Below, in pieces: positions 13,050 through 26,276 of a stretch of 64,000 nt of DNA. The notes under the pieces are model-generated. The model worked only from the letters and a program-made list of their open reading frames with translations. It searched no databases and had not been told where the DNA came from. This stretch comes from Chiloscyllium plagiosum. Taxonomy: Eukaryota. The stretch spans positions 9,995,457 to 10,059,456 of the forward strand of contig NC_057751.1 in assembly GCF_004010195.1 (NCBI RefSeq), given 5' to 3'. The translations under genes and the position numbers were made by a program. The number at the start of each line of letters is the position of its first letter. Position 1 is the stretch's first letter.

Positions 13050-15250
13050 GTTAGGAGTTGTCCATTCGCCTCTTAAAGTCTGGTCCACCATTTGATATAA
13101 TCATGCTGATCTTATTGTGGCCTCTACTTCTCTTCTCCTGTCTTCCCTCAGTGAGCCTTGACTCTTTAATCAAAAATCTATCTCACTCACCCTTCAATAT
13201 GTTCAATGATCCAGCCTCGATTGCTCTCAGGGAAGAGAATTCCACAGACTAACAATCCTCTGAGCAAAATATTAGTTATCCTCATTTCAGTCTTGGCAGA
13301 CCCCTAATTATTAACTTATTTCACTTGGTTCAGATGCTTTTACCAGGGAAACACGCCTCAGCAGCTTCCCAGTTGAGTCCCTTCAGCATCTTTCATGTGT
13401 CAATTAAATCACTTCTCATTATCGGCTCAACCTGCTCACTTTTTCCTTACATGCTAAAGTCTTCATTCCAGGAATCAGTCAAGTGCACAGTTGTCTGTTG
13501 ACCAGTGGTGTTCCACCAGGATCAGTGCTGGGACCTCTGCTGTTCGTGGGCTACATAAATGATTTGGAGGAAAACATAGCTGGTCTACTTCATAAGTTTG
13601 TGTACGATACCAAGATTGATGAAATTGCGGGTAGTGAGGAGGATTGTCAGAGGTACAGCAAGGTCTAGATCAGTTTGTAGGCATGGGCAGGAAAATGGCA
13701 GATGAAATTCAATCTGGACAAATGTGAGGCATTTTGGAAGATCAAGTACAGGTGGAAATTATGAAGTGAATGGCAGAACCCCTCAGATATGCAGAGGGAT
13801 CTGGATGTGCAGATCCACAGATCACTTAGGAAGACAGTGCAGGTATAAGGTCATAAAAAAGGCTTGCCATCATTGGAAGTGCCATTGAGTATAAGGATAG
13901 GCAGGTTATGCTGCAACTTTATAGAACTTTAGTTAGGCCACACTTGGAATATTGCATACAGTTCTGCTCATCACACTACCTGTGCTATATTGTTCTTTAT
14001 TCTTTCTGTAAATGAAGACAGCTTTAGTATGGAAGGGCAAAATATGTTGGTGCAGGCTTGGATGACCAAAGACCTATTCCTGTACTGTATTGTTCTTTGT
14101 ACCAGAAGGATTTGGATGCTTTGGGGAGGGTACAGAAAACATTTACCAGGATATTGCCTGGTATGGGGGATTTTGGCTGTGATGAGAGGTTGGATAGACA
14201 GGGTTTGTTTTCACTGAAATGCAGGAGGTTAAGGGGGGAACCTGATAGAAGTTTGTAAGATTGTGAATGGCACGGATAGAGTGGAAAGTATGGGGCTTTT
14301 TCTCAGGGTGGAGGGATCAATTACTAGAGGACACAGGTTCAAGGGTGTGTGGATGGAAGTGATGGATTGGGGATGGTGGTAAAGTTTAAAAGAGATGTGC
14401 GAGGTAAGTTTTTCACACAAAGGGTGGTGAGTGCCTGGAGCGTGCTGCTAGAGGAGGTGTTGGAAGCAGACATAATAACAACATTCAAGAAACACCTGGA
14501 CGAATACATGAATAGGAAGGCAATAGATGGATATGGATCCTGTAAGTGAAGACAGCTTTAGTATGGAACGTTAAAATATGTGGCCACAGCCTTGGAGGGC
14601 CAAAGGGCCTGTTCCTATGCTATATTGTTCTTTGTTCTTTCACCACATCTGATGCAGTAATATCCTTTTATAAGTAAGGAGACCAGATCCGCACAGTCTT
14701 CCCAACACTGTTGCAATACTTCCCTATTATTGTAACACAATTCCCTTGTAACAAATGACAACATTCCACTTACTTCCCTCATCTGTCACTGTATCTGCAG
14801 TTAACTTTCATTCATGTACCAGAGCACCAAGATTCTGCTGTACCAACAAGCCCGTTTAATAATTCAATATTTTTCTATTTTTCTGACCAAAGTGGACAAG
14901 TTCACTTTTGTTCCCCCCATGTTATACTCGGTCTGCCAAATTTGAGCGCATTTTACATCTTGGCCATTTTGTTTCTTATCTTTGTGTCTTTATGTCCTCA
15001 GCAAAAGCAGCAACTCTACATTTGGTCCCTTCATCTAAATATTTCATGCAGATTGTAAACAGTTGAGACCTCAGCACTGATCCCTCAGCATTCCACTCAG
15101 TTCAGCTTGCTAACCTAAAAGTGACCCCTTTCTTCCTATCTGCTTTCTGTGAGCTAACCAATCTGCTATCTCCGTTAATATGTTACCCTCTACACTGTGT
15201 GTTCTTAATGGGTGAAAGAGCTTTTCAATTGCCGCCTTATTGAATACCAG
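13050..15250 (-). mobile_element. Old CR1-type LINE 3' region, interrupted by a plus-strand CR1
   Basis: CR1 RT and 3' sequence on the minus strand at ~13050-13482 and ~14641-15250. Confidence 0.6.
13483..14640 (+). mobile_element. 5'-truncated CR1-type LINE
   Basis: SGVPPGSVLGPLLF, RRLRG, KFKRDVRGKFFTQRVV; (TGTTCTT)n tail at ~14625-14640. Confidence 0.88.
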
Positions 15251-15877
15251 TGAACTGATGTTTTGTAACTGCGAACTTCCATTATTTCACACTATCTCCT
15301 CATTCATTCTTTTTTGAGATTTAACAATTGTCATCTTGTCCCAAAGTAACATGATTTTTTTTAATGCTCATATAAAGTTCTTTTTCAAGTTGAGGAAACT
15401 GTTGTCAACTTGACATTATCCATGTCCATATCGGTTCATGATTTCTACTAAGACTTGGCTCAGAACGATCTATTGGTGCTCTTATTGTCTAACCTGCAAG
15501 CTTTGGGATCTCTGCTCTTTTATGCTTTCATAATTCTTTGTCTTTAGTATTACAACATGTGACGCAGTCTGGCACTACACACTTTTAACAAAAATAATTT
15601 TCAGTGATCGCTGATCTCAGCTACTTTCAGGCTGTAAGACATTTAATTTAGCTCAATGTTTGTTGCGTCTAATTCTTACCATCTTATTCTGTCAATTATC
15701 AATTTCCTCAGCTCTTTCTCCGCTGTCCCTTCTCCACTCCATTTCTTTTCTCATTCTGTCGCCTCAACCACTCACTTCTCATTCTTTCCTTTTTCATCTG
15801 AACACTCTGGACTCATTGTCTTATTTCAATGCACTGAATCATGACTATTATGTAATGTGATGGATTTCAATCTTAAA

Positions 15878-16190
15878 GTCATAGAGTTTTTACAGTATGG
15901 AAAGAGGACATACAGCCCTGCATGTCGACACTAGCCATCAAACATCCATCTATTGTAATCCCATTTTCCAGCACTTAGCCCATAGCCAAATAAGCTATGA
16001 TGTTTCATGTGTTCATCTAAGTAGTTCTTAAATGTCTTGAGAGTTCCCGCCTTCACAACCCCTTGAGGCAGCGAGTTCCAAATACCCATATTCTCTGGGT
16101 GAAAAATACTTCTCTTAAATCCTCTCTAAACCTTAAAAACTAGCAGGCGAAAGGCATCTCCTGATCTAACCTGTCGAGGCCCTTTTTAAT
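15878..16190 (-). mobile_element. CR1-type 3' end stub
   Basis: Same 3'UTR/ORF2-end pattern as other CR1 copies (gtcatagag...acagtatggaaagagg...ccattttccagcactt). Confidence 0.6.
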
Positions 16191-18134
16191 AGATTTATTT
16201 CCTTCATGCCTTTTGATGGGAGAATGGAAATATAAATTTGTTCAGTTCTTTGATGGCACACTTTCATGCCTGATTTTCATATCCAGACGGCAGGCATGTT
16301 TAGCTTTTGAAAGTTTTGCTGAGTTAAAATGAAATTCCTGTATCTCCTCTCGTAATAAGACCACATCCAGAGAATTCAGTTTCATCGTCATGTCACCTTT
16401 ACTTTTTGTCTGTAAACTCCGTAAACATTCATTCAAAACATGTATATTGCTCCCCTATGTGGGAAGAGTCATCTTATACCCATCTCAGATTTTTACACAG
16501 AAGAAAAAGCTTTTGTCTATCAGGCAACCTGTCCAGCAATACCAGTCTCTCTCACATCCCCTCTTCTAGCCTTTTTCCATGTCATTTTATCAATACAATC
16601 ATAATATTTTCTGTTTTTCTTGATAAATGAAAAAAAATCTAAAATGTCTTGCCTCTTTGCATTCTCTCTTACTTCGCACACCTTCACCACTGCATTGAAA
16701 CAAATTATCGCATTGTTTCCCAGACTAACTTTTTTTTTCTCAGATCCTCAAAACAGGAATACTTACTAGCATCAATTATTTTTCTCCTGCCACAGTCTGT
16801 TAAAACTGACGCTTGACATTACCGAATGAGAAGAAATGGTGAAGAAAATCAGAAAATGGTATCATGGAGGCTTTGACACTTCATGAAGATTACTAAAGTT
16901 GACAAATCTTCACTTGAGATAGGTGTTGCTGTCTTTAATGTCAAGGAAGATTAAAATCGGATACTAACTATTTTTGTCAGTAAGAGTAATTAAGCAAAGT
17001 GACAGTGATATGAGGCTGAAAAAATGTTTTGCATTGTTAAAAGTGAGAAACACTAGAAGGAATTGATGTGAGAAAGCATGATGAGAAGAGAATGTGGAAA
17101 ATGTATATGGAATTCAGTGTAAATGCAATGTGGAGCAAAATATGCAGATATGCCTCATCTCACCAGCTACATAAACCCCTCACCACACTCCTCTCTTTGC
17201 ACAATCCCATGATTATTCAAGATTTCATGATTGTGTCACAATTTTTGTCTACTGATATTCTATAATTTATTATTGCTACAATAAGAACTTGTTTCATGTT
17301 GGACCAGAGGTTTTATTTTATTTTAATTCCCACTTGATTTTTCAAAGCCACACACCTCATCTATCCAAATGGGTAGGTATGTAGTTGGATGTCCTTTCAT
17401 GAGGCACTGGCATAGCAGGTGGACTGTGCCAAAGACCACCCTACTTCCTTCTCTTTTGTCCTGATGGGGAGATTCTCAGTTTTGACAATGTTCCCTTTTT
17501 TTTCATTTCTTTTACCATTGGTCATAGCAGATAAACTGGTTTCTGCTAGCTGTTTCTGCAATTTACAGCAAACCAAATTTGCAGTCTCTGTTGCAAAACA
17601 GACACTTCAGATTTGTTATTTCTTGGAAATATTTCTGGACACCATTCTGTTGAAATGCCATAATTTAATTCCTATTGTCCTTTTCTTTGTATGGAAGGTC
17701 TTTAATATGCACTATGTTAAGATACATCTGTAAAGTATTGCTGACAATAGGGTGGGTTCCTGAGGCTGCCATAAGTTGAGTGCAGGTCTGCAGATAAAGG
17801 AATGAAACTGGGAAATGTGATATTGTTTTCCTGAGACCCAAACAATGGGGAGATGAAACATGGATTGTGTCTGGATATCTTTCCAGATATATTGCAAAAT
17901 CTTGCAATTGTAATGTTTTATCATCTTTGTGAGGATGACATTTTAAATATGTGTTCCGAATTTCCTAAAAATCACATTTTAGAATGCGACAAAGAGACTG
18001 AACTAGTGTTCAGAGAAATTGCACGTTTCATTTGAGATTTTTCATTTAACTTGTAGCACAATTAAGGATCCTTCAAAATATTATTGTGCAGACAAAAAGC
18101 AATAGGACATATCATTGTCATTAAAAATACTTAC

Positions 18135-18215
18135 AGTCTTCTTCATTCCAAGTATATGCCTCCCCGAGATCTTCATAGTCATATATTTCATCAAGATCGG
18201 GCTCTTTAGGTTGCA
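18135..18215 (-). CDS. AEBP1: AEBP1-like coding exon (81 nt, phase 1-1): VQPKEPDLDEIYDYEDLGEAYTWNEED
   Basis: Acceptor ctctgtgtgtttcAG, donor T|GTAAGT, acidic Tyr-rich (DYED) peptide. Too short for the ORF track. Confidence 0.85.
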
Positions 18216-19940
18216 CTGAAACACACAGAGAATTCATCTTTTGCTGATTTGACTATATTTGCTGTTAAGCCAGGAGCAAAGTTGGTGTATTCCAGTGTCA
18301 TTCACTATCATTCACACATCTACGATTGGTATTTGGAATTAGAAAAGTTACATTCTCTTTTAACAGAAATGGATATCTCCCTCTCCACTAAGTTCTGATT
18401 GTCTCAGTATGCCTCTTGCAAAGTAAAATTGCTGTGTGAATAAACTAGCAAAGATCTAAAGGTTGAAAATTGAAAAAAAAAACTGGAAAAGCAAAGCAGG
18501 CCACTCAGTGTCAGAGAAAAATGGCACTATCCGTTTGAAGGCCATTCAGTTTTGTTAGACCATAGAAAATAGTAACAGGTGAAGGCATGTCAGAGCCTTG
18601 ACCCTGCTCCTCCACTCAATACAATCATGGCTGATCCGTGTTCTGCCAAATAGTCACACCGCATTTTATTTTAACATTTTTCTTTTGGTTGCTGACCGAA
18701 CAACCTTTATGCTCCACTACTTTTAAACCATTCACATGAAATAATCTCATATAAGGTTCAGTTTCGTTCAAGCTTATTGTTTACCTGTATGTGAAGCAAT
18801 ATTTTTCTGTTGGCAAGCTCACATGCAGTGTCTCTAGAGTGCTGTCAGTTGAAAAATCTCTTTAAAAAGTGATAAAAGCTGTGTCGCTGGAAATAGTTTG
18901 GAACCAGTGGATGCTGAGTTGGTGGTGGCAGTGGGCGGAATGTTTGGAAACGGCGGTGGGGGGGGGGGCGGTTTCTCATTTAAGATTTACTGCCACAAAA
19001 TTAAATGCTGTTATTCATCTCAAAATTGTATTTTAAATTTCAGTCAGCCTAAATTTTAATTCTGTCTCAAAACGGGCACACTTTAAATTCTGAAGTCGTG
19101 GGAATTTTTAAAATATTTTTACAACTGCTGTATTAAAAAAATGTCAGTGAATCAGCTGCTTGCTGACTTCAATGGAAATAAAAATTGAGAAAGATGGTGA
19201 TTCACTATCATCCATTTCATGCCACAATTATTTTTACTGACGAAGGATGATGATTGCTTTCAGTTCTGTGATAATGTTTTGCATTGTTTGGAACTCTGAA
19301 TGCCTACAAGCAAGTGGTAGGAAGACTGGAAAGTAATTTTTTGTCGGGCCTTTACTGCTTTCCTACTTTCAATTTTCCAACCGAACTAAAGAACTCATGT
19401 GTCATATGTGAAAGGACAACGCACAGGCTCACTGCATTAATTTGTTCTTTGTCATTGTATCCTATCATGCCAATTCCCAAACTCAGCAAATTGAGAGTAT
19501 AGAACATTTCTGACTAACATACTGTCATTGACTACCTCCAATTGGAAGGTCAGGATGAACTTCTTCAGTTACCAGGTTAGTATAAAAACTGGTCCAGGTA
19601 GTTGGAATTCAATCAGCCGTGTAAAGTGATGTCAGAACTGGCAGACAAGCAGAAGGCTACTTACACTCTCCATATTCATCTGGTTCAAGTTCATCAATCT
19701 CCAACTCAAATTCTAGCTCCTCATCAAGAGTTGTGTCATAATCTTTCTCATCTGGTGTGCTCCACCCATCTGTATTATATTACAGAATTTGATTAGAATG
19801 AGGTTTTGGCTTTCCATTTCTGAAATGCTAATTTTCAAAGCTTGTGAAAATCTTTTTATCTGTTACTCAGTTAAACAAAAGAGATCACATTACACCAAAG
19901 CAGGGCAACAATTTTGATATCACAAGATGTGGTAGAAATT

Positions 19941-20218
19941 GGGGTAGCACAGTGGTTAGCACTTTTTCTCACAGTGTTAGGGACCTGGGTTCAATTCCAG
20001 CCTTAGGTGATTGCCTGTGCGGGCTTCCTCCAGGTGCTCCGGTTTCTTCCCACAGTCCAAAGATGTGCAGGCTAACTGGATTGGCCATATTAAATTGCCC
20101 TATGGTGTCCAGGGTTGTATAGGTTAGGGGCATCCCAACTGGGTGGGCTGCTCTTTGGAAGGTTGGTGCAGACTCGATGGGCCGAATGGCCTCTCTCTGC
20201 ACTGTCAGGATTCTATGA
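19941..20218 (+). mobile_element. HE1/V-SINE, diverged copy
   Basis: A box agcacagtggttagc, B box gggttcaattcc, V-domain ggtttcttcccacagtccaaagatgtgcagg. Confidence 0.8.
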
Positions 20219-20838
20219 AATAAAGTAAGGAACATTTCAAATGCAGGAATTTTTGAATTTCCCTCAAGGGACTTGAATGATACTTCACGACTTCCTGGGA
20301 GAATGATGCATACTAATACCCATCTAATTCATTGTTTCATATGAGCAGTTTTCAGTAATGGGCATTTGGGATGCACTTGAATGACAAATTAATAGAAGAA
20401 TATCAGTATTTTCTCAGTTGGTCTGGTAGCTAATTTGGGGATCTTGGTATGTGATGAGTTTTTCTGATGCTCTGATCGTGTGCCTGCCTTTGAGCCAGAG
20501 ACATTCAGTACAAGTCCCTCCTCAAGAGTTGATGGCAAAGGAAGACAAATTTACAACATGGCCAAACATTTTGAGTACTAACCTGAAAATCTTTCCAAAA
20601 CATACTAACAAAAGGAAAATGTGCATGTTGCCACAGTAACTTGGACACAGTGAACAGTAACATCTCACCACCACTTTGTTTAATACGAGGATCAAAACGA
20701 TTGATTAGTTGTCCTGACACTTTGACAGCCATTGTGTCAGAAGATTGAGGGTTAATGTCCAACTCCAGACACTAGGCTGATACAAGATTAAAGAGCATGG
20801 TTACTGCAATGTCTTGATAACATCGATCTCTGATGAGT

Positions 20839-21760
20839 TCATAAGATATTGGAGCAGAATTAGGCCATTTGGATCTGCTCCGCCATTCAATTATGGCTGA
20901 TATGCTCCTCATGCCCATTTTCATGCCTGCTCTCCATATCCTTTCTACCCATTACCAACTAAAAATTTGTATAACGTCTTCTTAAAGTTACTCACTGTCC
21001 TGGCATCCACCGCACTTTGAGGTACTGAATTCCACAGATTCACAACCCTTTGGAGAAGTAGTTTGTCCTCAACTCTGTTTTAAACTCTCCTTATCCTAAG
21101 ACTAGACCTCTCATCCTAGAATGGCCCACAAGAGGAAGCATCCACTCCAAATCTATTTTATCCACATCTTTTACCATCTTGAAGACCTCTATTTGATTCC
21201 CCCTCATTCTTCTAAATTCCAAGGAGCATGGGCCCAAACTGTTCAACCTCTCCTCATATGACAAACCCCTCATCTCTGGGTTCAATTGAGTAACCCTTCT
21301 CTGAACTGCCTGCAATGCCGCGACATCTTTCGTGGGGACCAAGACTGTGCACAGTACTCCAGGTGTGGTCTCACCAATACCTTGTGTAGTTCCCACAATA
21401 CTTCCTTACCTTTATATTCTTTTAGCTACAAAGCCAACATTCCATTTGCTTTCTTTATTATCTGCTGTACCTGCATGCTAGTTTTCTGTGACTTATGAAC
21501 AAATCCACTTAGATCCCACTGCACCAGTGCACCCTGAAGTCTTTTCCCATTCAGATAATAGGTCGCTTTCCCATTTTTTCGACCCACATGCATGACCTCG
21601 CATTTATCCATGTTAAACTCCATCTGCCACATTTTGGCCCACTCTCCTAATCCACCTATAATCCATTTGTAACATTCCTATTTCCTCATAGCAGTTTACT
21701 GACCCGCCTATTTTTGTGTCATCCGCAAATTTGGCTACAGAGCCTTCTATCCCTGTATCC
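20839..21760 (-). mobile_element. 5'-truncated CR1-type LINE
   Basis: WQMEFNMDKCEVMHVG, KKANGML, LSYEERL..LG..SLEFRRMRG. Confidence 0.85.
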
Positions 21761-22443
21761 TTCTCAGTCAGCACCTGCAACATGAACTTCATTGTTTATG
21801 GGATTGGCTGTCACGTTTCTTCAATTACATCACAAACCAAACTTATAAAATACAACAGGTTGTAAAAGGCACATGACTATGAATGTTTCTGTTGAAATGA
21901 AAAAACCTTACAGCTAGAACAAACAAAGTTGTTATCTCTAGTTTGTTATTCCTGCGATGTGCTAACGAGGCGAGGAGAGAGTCAGCAGTTGAACACGTGA
22001 CTACAGGATGGTGCAGGAGTGAGGTATTCAGATACCTGGATAATTGGGGCTCATTCTGGGTTGGTGGGACCTCCATAAACAGGATGGTCAACACCTGAAC
22101 CAGAGGGGTAACAATATCCTAGGGGGGAGATTTGCAAATACTCTTTGGGAGGTTTTAACAAATTCAGTAAGGGGATGGGAACCTGAATTGTAGCACCAGT
22201 GTTCAGGAGGTTGAGAGTGGTGAGATCATAAATAAGGTTTCAAGGTCGCAAGAGTGTATCGGCAGGCAGGGAGGAGGTTTGAAGTGTGTCAACTTCAATG
22301 TCAGGAGCACCCAGAATAAGGTGGGTGAACTTGTATCATGGGTTTGTATCTGGAACTTCCATGTTATGACCATGGGAATAGTTGTTGTAGGTTCTGGGGT
22401 TTAGGTGTTTCAGTAAGAACAGGGAAGGTGATAAAAGAAGGGG

Positions 22444-22774
22444 ATTAGATTACTTTACTAGATTAGATTACTTTACAGTGTGGTAACAGGCCCTTCGGCC
22501 CAACAAGTCCACACCGACCCTCCGAAGCGCAACCCACCCAGACCCTTACATTTACCCCTTATCTAACACTACGGACAATTTAGCATGGCCAATTCACCTG
22601 ACCTGCACATCTTTGGACTGTGGGAGGAAACCGGAGCACCCGGAGGAAACCCACGCAGACACGGGGAGAATGTGCAAACTCCATACAGTCAGTCGCCTGA
22701 GGCAGGAATTGAACCCAGGTCTCTGGCGCTGTGAAGCAGCAGTGCTAACCACTGTGCCACCGTGCCGCCCACGG
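22444..22774 (-). mobile_element. HE1 SINE (young, full length)
   Basis: gggcggcacggtggcacagtggttagc...gggttcaattcc head, V-domain, (TAATC)n tail; inserted in the CR1 EN region. Confidence 0.93.
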
Positions 22775-24287
22775 AGTGTGGCATTGTTAGTCAAGGCCAG
22801 TATTACAGTGGCAGAAAGCATGTTTGATGAGGACTTGTCCAATGAGGTAGTATGGGCTGAGGTTAGAAACAGGAAAGGAGAGATCACCCTGTTGGGAGTT
22901 TTCTATAGACCTCCAAAAAAGTTCCAGAGGTGTAGAGAAAAGGATTGCAAAGATGATTCTGGACAGGAGTGAAAGTAACAGGGTAGTTGTTATGGGGGCT
23001 TTAACTTTACAAATATTGACTGGAAACGCTATAGTTTGAGTCCTTCAGATGGGTTAGTTTTTGTGCAATGTGTGGGGAAGGGTTTCCTGACATAGTGTGT
23101 AGATAGGCCAACAATAGGCAAGGCCACATTAGATTTGGTATGGGTAATGAGCCAGGCCAGGTATTAGATTTGGATGTAAATGAGCACTTTGGTGATACTG
23201 ACCACAATTTGGTTATGTTTACTTTAGCGATGGAAAGGGATAGATACATACCGCAGGGCAAGAGTTATAGCTGGGGAAAGGCAATTATGATGCAATTAGG
23301 CAAGATTTAGGATGCATAGGATGGCAAAGGAAACTGCAGGGGATGGACACACTTGAAATGTGGAGCTTGTTCAAGGAACAGCAACTGCGTGTCCTTAATA
23401 AATATGTACCTGTCAGGCAGGCAGGAAGTGGTAAAGCGAGGGAGTTGTGGTTTACTAAAGAAGTTGAATTTCTTGTCAAGAGGAAGAAGAAGACTTATGT
23501 TAGGATGAGACATGAGGGCTGTTAGGGCGTTTGAGAATTAAAGTTCACCAGGAAAGACCTAAAGAGAGAGCTAAGGAGAGCCAGGAGGCCATGAGAAGGT
23601 GTTGACACATAGGATCAAAGAAAACATGATAGCTTTCCTTGGTATGTCAGGAAGAAAAGAATGACGAGAGTAAGATTAGGGCCAGTCAAGGACAGTAGTG
23701 GCAAGTTGTGCGTGGAATCTGAGGAGATAGGAAGAGGCAGTATTTTGTCAGTATTCACACAGGAAAAAGACAATATTATCGAGGAGAATACTGAGATACA
23801 GGCAATTAGACTAGACGGGATTGAGGTTCATAAGGAGGAGGTGTTCGCAATTGAAAATAGATAAGTCCCCTGGGCCGGATGGGAATTATCCTAGGCATCC
23901 CTGGGAAGCTAGGGAGGAGATTGCAGAGTCTTTGGCTTTGATCTTTATGTTGTCATTGTCTACAGGAATAGTACCAGAAGACTGGAGGATAGCAAATGTT
24001 GTCCCCTTATTCAAGAAGGGGAGTAGAGACAACCCTGGTAATTATAGACCAGTGAGCCTTACTTCAATTGTGGGTAAAGTGTTGGAAAAGATTATAAAAA
24101 CTAGGATTTATAATTATCTGGAAAGGAATAATTTGATTAGGGATAGTCAACATGGTTTTGTGAAGCGTCACAAATCTTATTAAATTATTTGAGAAGATGA
24201 CCAAACAGGTGGATGAGGGTGAAGCGGTTGATATGGTGTATATGGATTTCAGTAAAGCATTTGATAAGGTTCCCTACGATAGGCTAC

Positions 24288-25290
24288 ATTTACTATAAAC
24301 CAACCGACTCCCACAGCTACCTAGACTACGCCTCCTCCCACCCTGCCCCCTGTAAAAACGCCATCCCATATTCCCAATTCCTTCTTCTCCGCCGCATCTG
24401 CTCCCAGGAGGACAAGTTCCAATACCGTACAACNNNNNNNNNNNNNNNNNNNNNNNNNNNNNNNNNNNNNNNNNNNNNNNNNNNNNNNNNNNNNNNNNNN
24501 NNNNNNNNNNNNNNNNNNNNNNNNNNNNNNNNNNNNNNNNNNNNNNNNNNNNNNNNNNNNNNNNNNNNNNNNNNNNNNNNNNNNNNNNNNNNNNNNNNNN
24601 NNNNNNNNNNNNNNNNNNNNNNNNNNNNNNNNNNNNNNNNNNNNNNNNNNNNNNNNNNNNNNNNNNNNNNNNNNNNNNNNNNNNNNNNNNNNNNNNNNNN
24701 NNNNNNNNNNNNNNNNNNNNNNNNNNNNNNNNNNNNNNNNNNNNNNNNNNNNNNNNNNNNNNNNNNNNNNNNNNNNNNNNNNNNNNNNNNNNNNNNNNNN
24801 NNNNNNNNNNNNNNNNNNNNNNNNNNNNNNNNNNNNNNNNNNNNNNNNNNNNNNNNNNNNNNNNNNNNNNNNNNNNNNNNNNNNNNNNNNNNNNNNNNNN
24901 NNNNNNNNNNNNNNNNNNNNNNNNNNNNNNNNNNNNNNNNNNNNNNNNNNNNNNNNNNNNNNNNNNNNNNNNNNNNNNNNNNNNNNNNNNNNNNNNNNNN
25001 NNNNNNNNNNNNNNNNNNTCCCTCGAACTCAGCACCGCCTTCCTAACCTGCAATCTTCTTCCTGACCTCTCCGCCCCCACCCCACTCAGTCCTATCACCC
25101 TCACCTTGACCTCCTTCCACCTATCGCATTTCCAACGCCCCTCCCCCAAGTCCCTCCTCCCTACCTTTTATCTTAGCCTGCTGGACACACTTTCCTTATT
25201 CCTGAAGAAGGGCTTATGCCCGAAACGTCGATTCTCCTGTTCCTTGGATGCTGCCTTACCTGCTGAGCTTTTCGAACATCACATTTTAAG
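24288..25290 (+). mobile_element. Penelope-like retroelement 3' part (RT C-terminal region + terminal repeat), spanning the gap
   Basis: YYKPTDSHSYLDYASSHPAPCKNAIPYSQF..LRRICS is typical of the Penelope-type RT C-terminus; the terminal repeat carries a hammerhead core at 25202-25229. Confidence 0.85.
24434..25018. other. Assembly gap (585 N)
   Basis: Run of n characters. Confidence 1.
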
Positions 25291-25772
25291 CATGGGATTG
25301 TGGTCAATTTAGTAATTTGGATCAGAAATTAGCTAGTTGTAAGAAGACAGATGGTGGTGGTTGATGGGAAATGTCCATCCTGGAGTTCAATTACTAGTGG
25401 AGTATGCAAGGATCTATTTTGGGGTCACTGCTGTTTGTCATTTTTATAAATGACCTGAGTGAGGGCATAGAAGGATGGGTTAGTAAATTTACGGATGATA
25501 CGAAGGTCAGTGGAGTTGTGGACAGTGCGGAAAGATGTTGCAGGTTACAGAGGGACATAAGTAAGCTGCAATGCTGGACTGAGAGATGGCAAATGGAGTT
25601 TAATGAGGCAAGGTATGAGATGATTCACTTTGGAAGGAGTAACAGGAGTACAGAGTACTGGGTTAATGGTAAGATTCATGGTAATGTGGATGAGCAGAGA
25701 GATCTTGGTGTCCATGTACATAGATCCCTGAAAGTTGCCACCCAGGTTGATAGTGTTAAGAACGCATATGGT

Positions 25773-26276
25773 TTGATTAGATTGCTTACAGTGTAGAAAC
25801 AGGCCCTTCAGCCCAACAAGTCCACACCGACCCTCCGAAGAGTAACCCACCCAGACCCATTCCCCTACATTTACCCCTTCACCTAACACTATGGGCAATT
25901 TAGCATGGCCAATTCACCTAACCTGCACATTTTTGGACTGTGGGAAGAAACCAGAGCACCCGGAGGAAACCCACACAGACACATGGAGAATGTGCAAACT
26001 CCACACAGACCATTGCCTGAGGCGGGAATTGAACATGGGTCTCTGGCGCTGTGAGGCAGCAGTGCTAACCACTGTGCCGCCCCAAAACACAGTGGCACTC
26101 CCTGCAGTTATTGAGTTCGAACTTGATTTTACTCAGCACTAAGTTCATTTAACCCGAATTAAATTAATGAAGCTCGCCTTTCCTATTTCAGACTACCTCT
26201 AAGGGTCTACCTAGGACTTGAACCCAGGGCCTTTCAAATCTCATCCCAACTCTAACCACATGGCCACCAGACACAT
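25773..26276 (-). mobile_element. Composite SINE: extra tRNA-like head (26205-26272) + spacer + HE1 (~25773-26083)
   Basis: TSD GCATATGGT at 25764-25772 and 26277-26285 brackets both parts; CR1 sequence resumes across it. Confidence 0.8.

Noticed and set aside
17400..17570. Lys-rich open frame on the minus strand (KQLAETSL...KEKE)
   Set aside because: Splice phases do not fit the phase 1-1 neighbours and the donor is weak.
24213..25149. 277-aa and 291-aa ORFs in the track
   Set aside because: Artefacts of translating through the N gap; only the short Penelope peptide is real.
26205..26272. tRNA gene
   Set aside because: T arm and boxes are present but there is no convincing anticodon arm, and it lies within a TSD-flanked insertion; treated as a SINE head. 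The same applies to HE1 heads.
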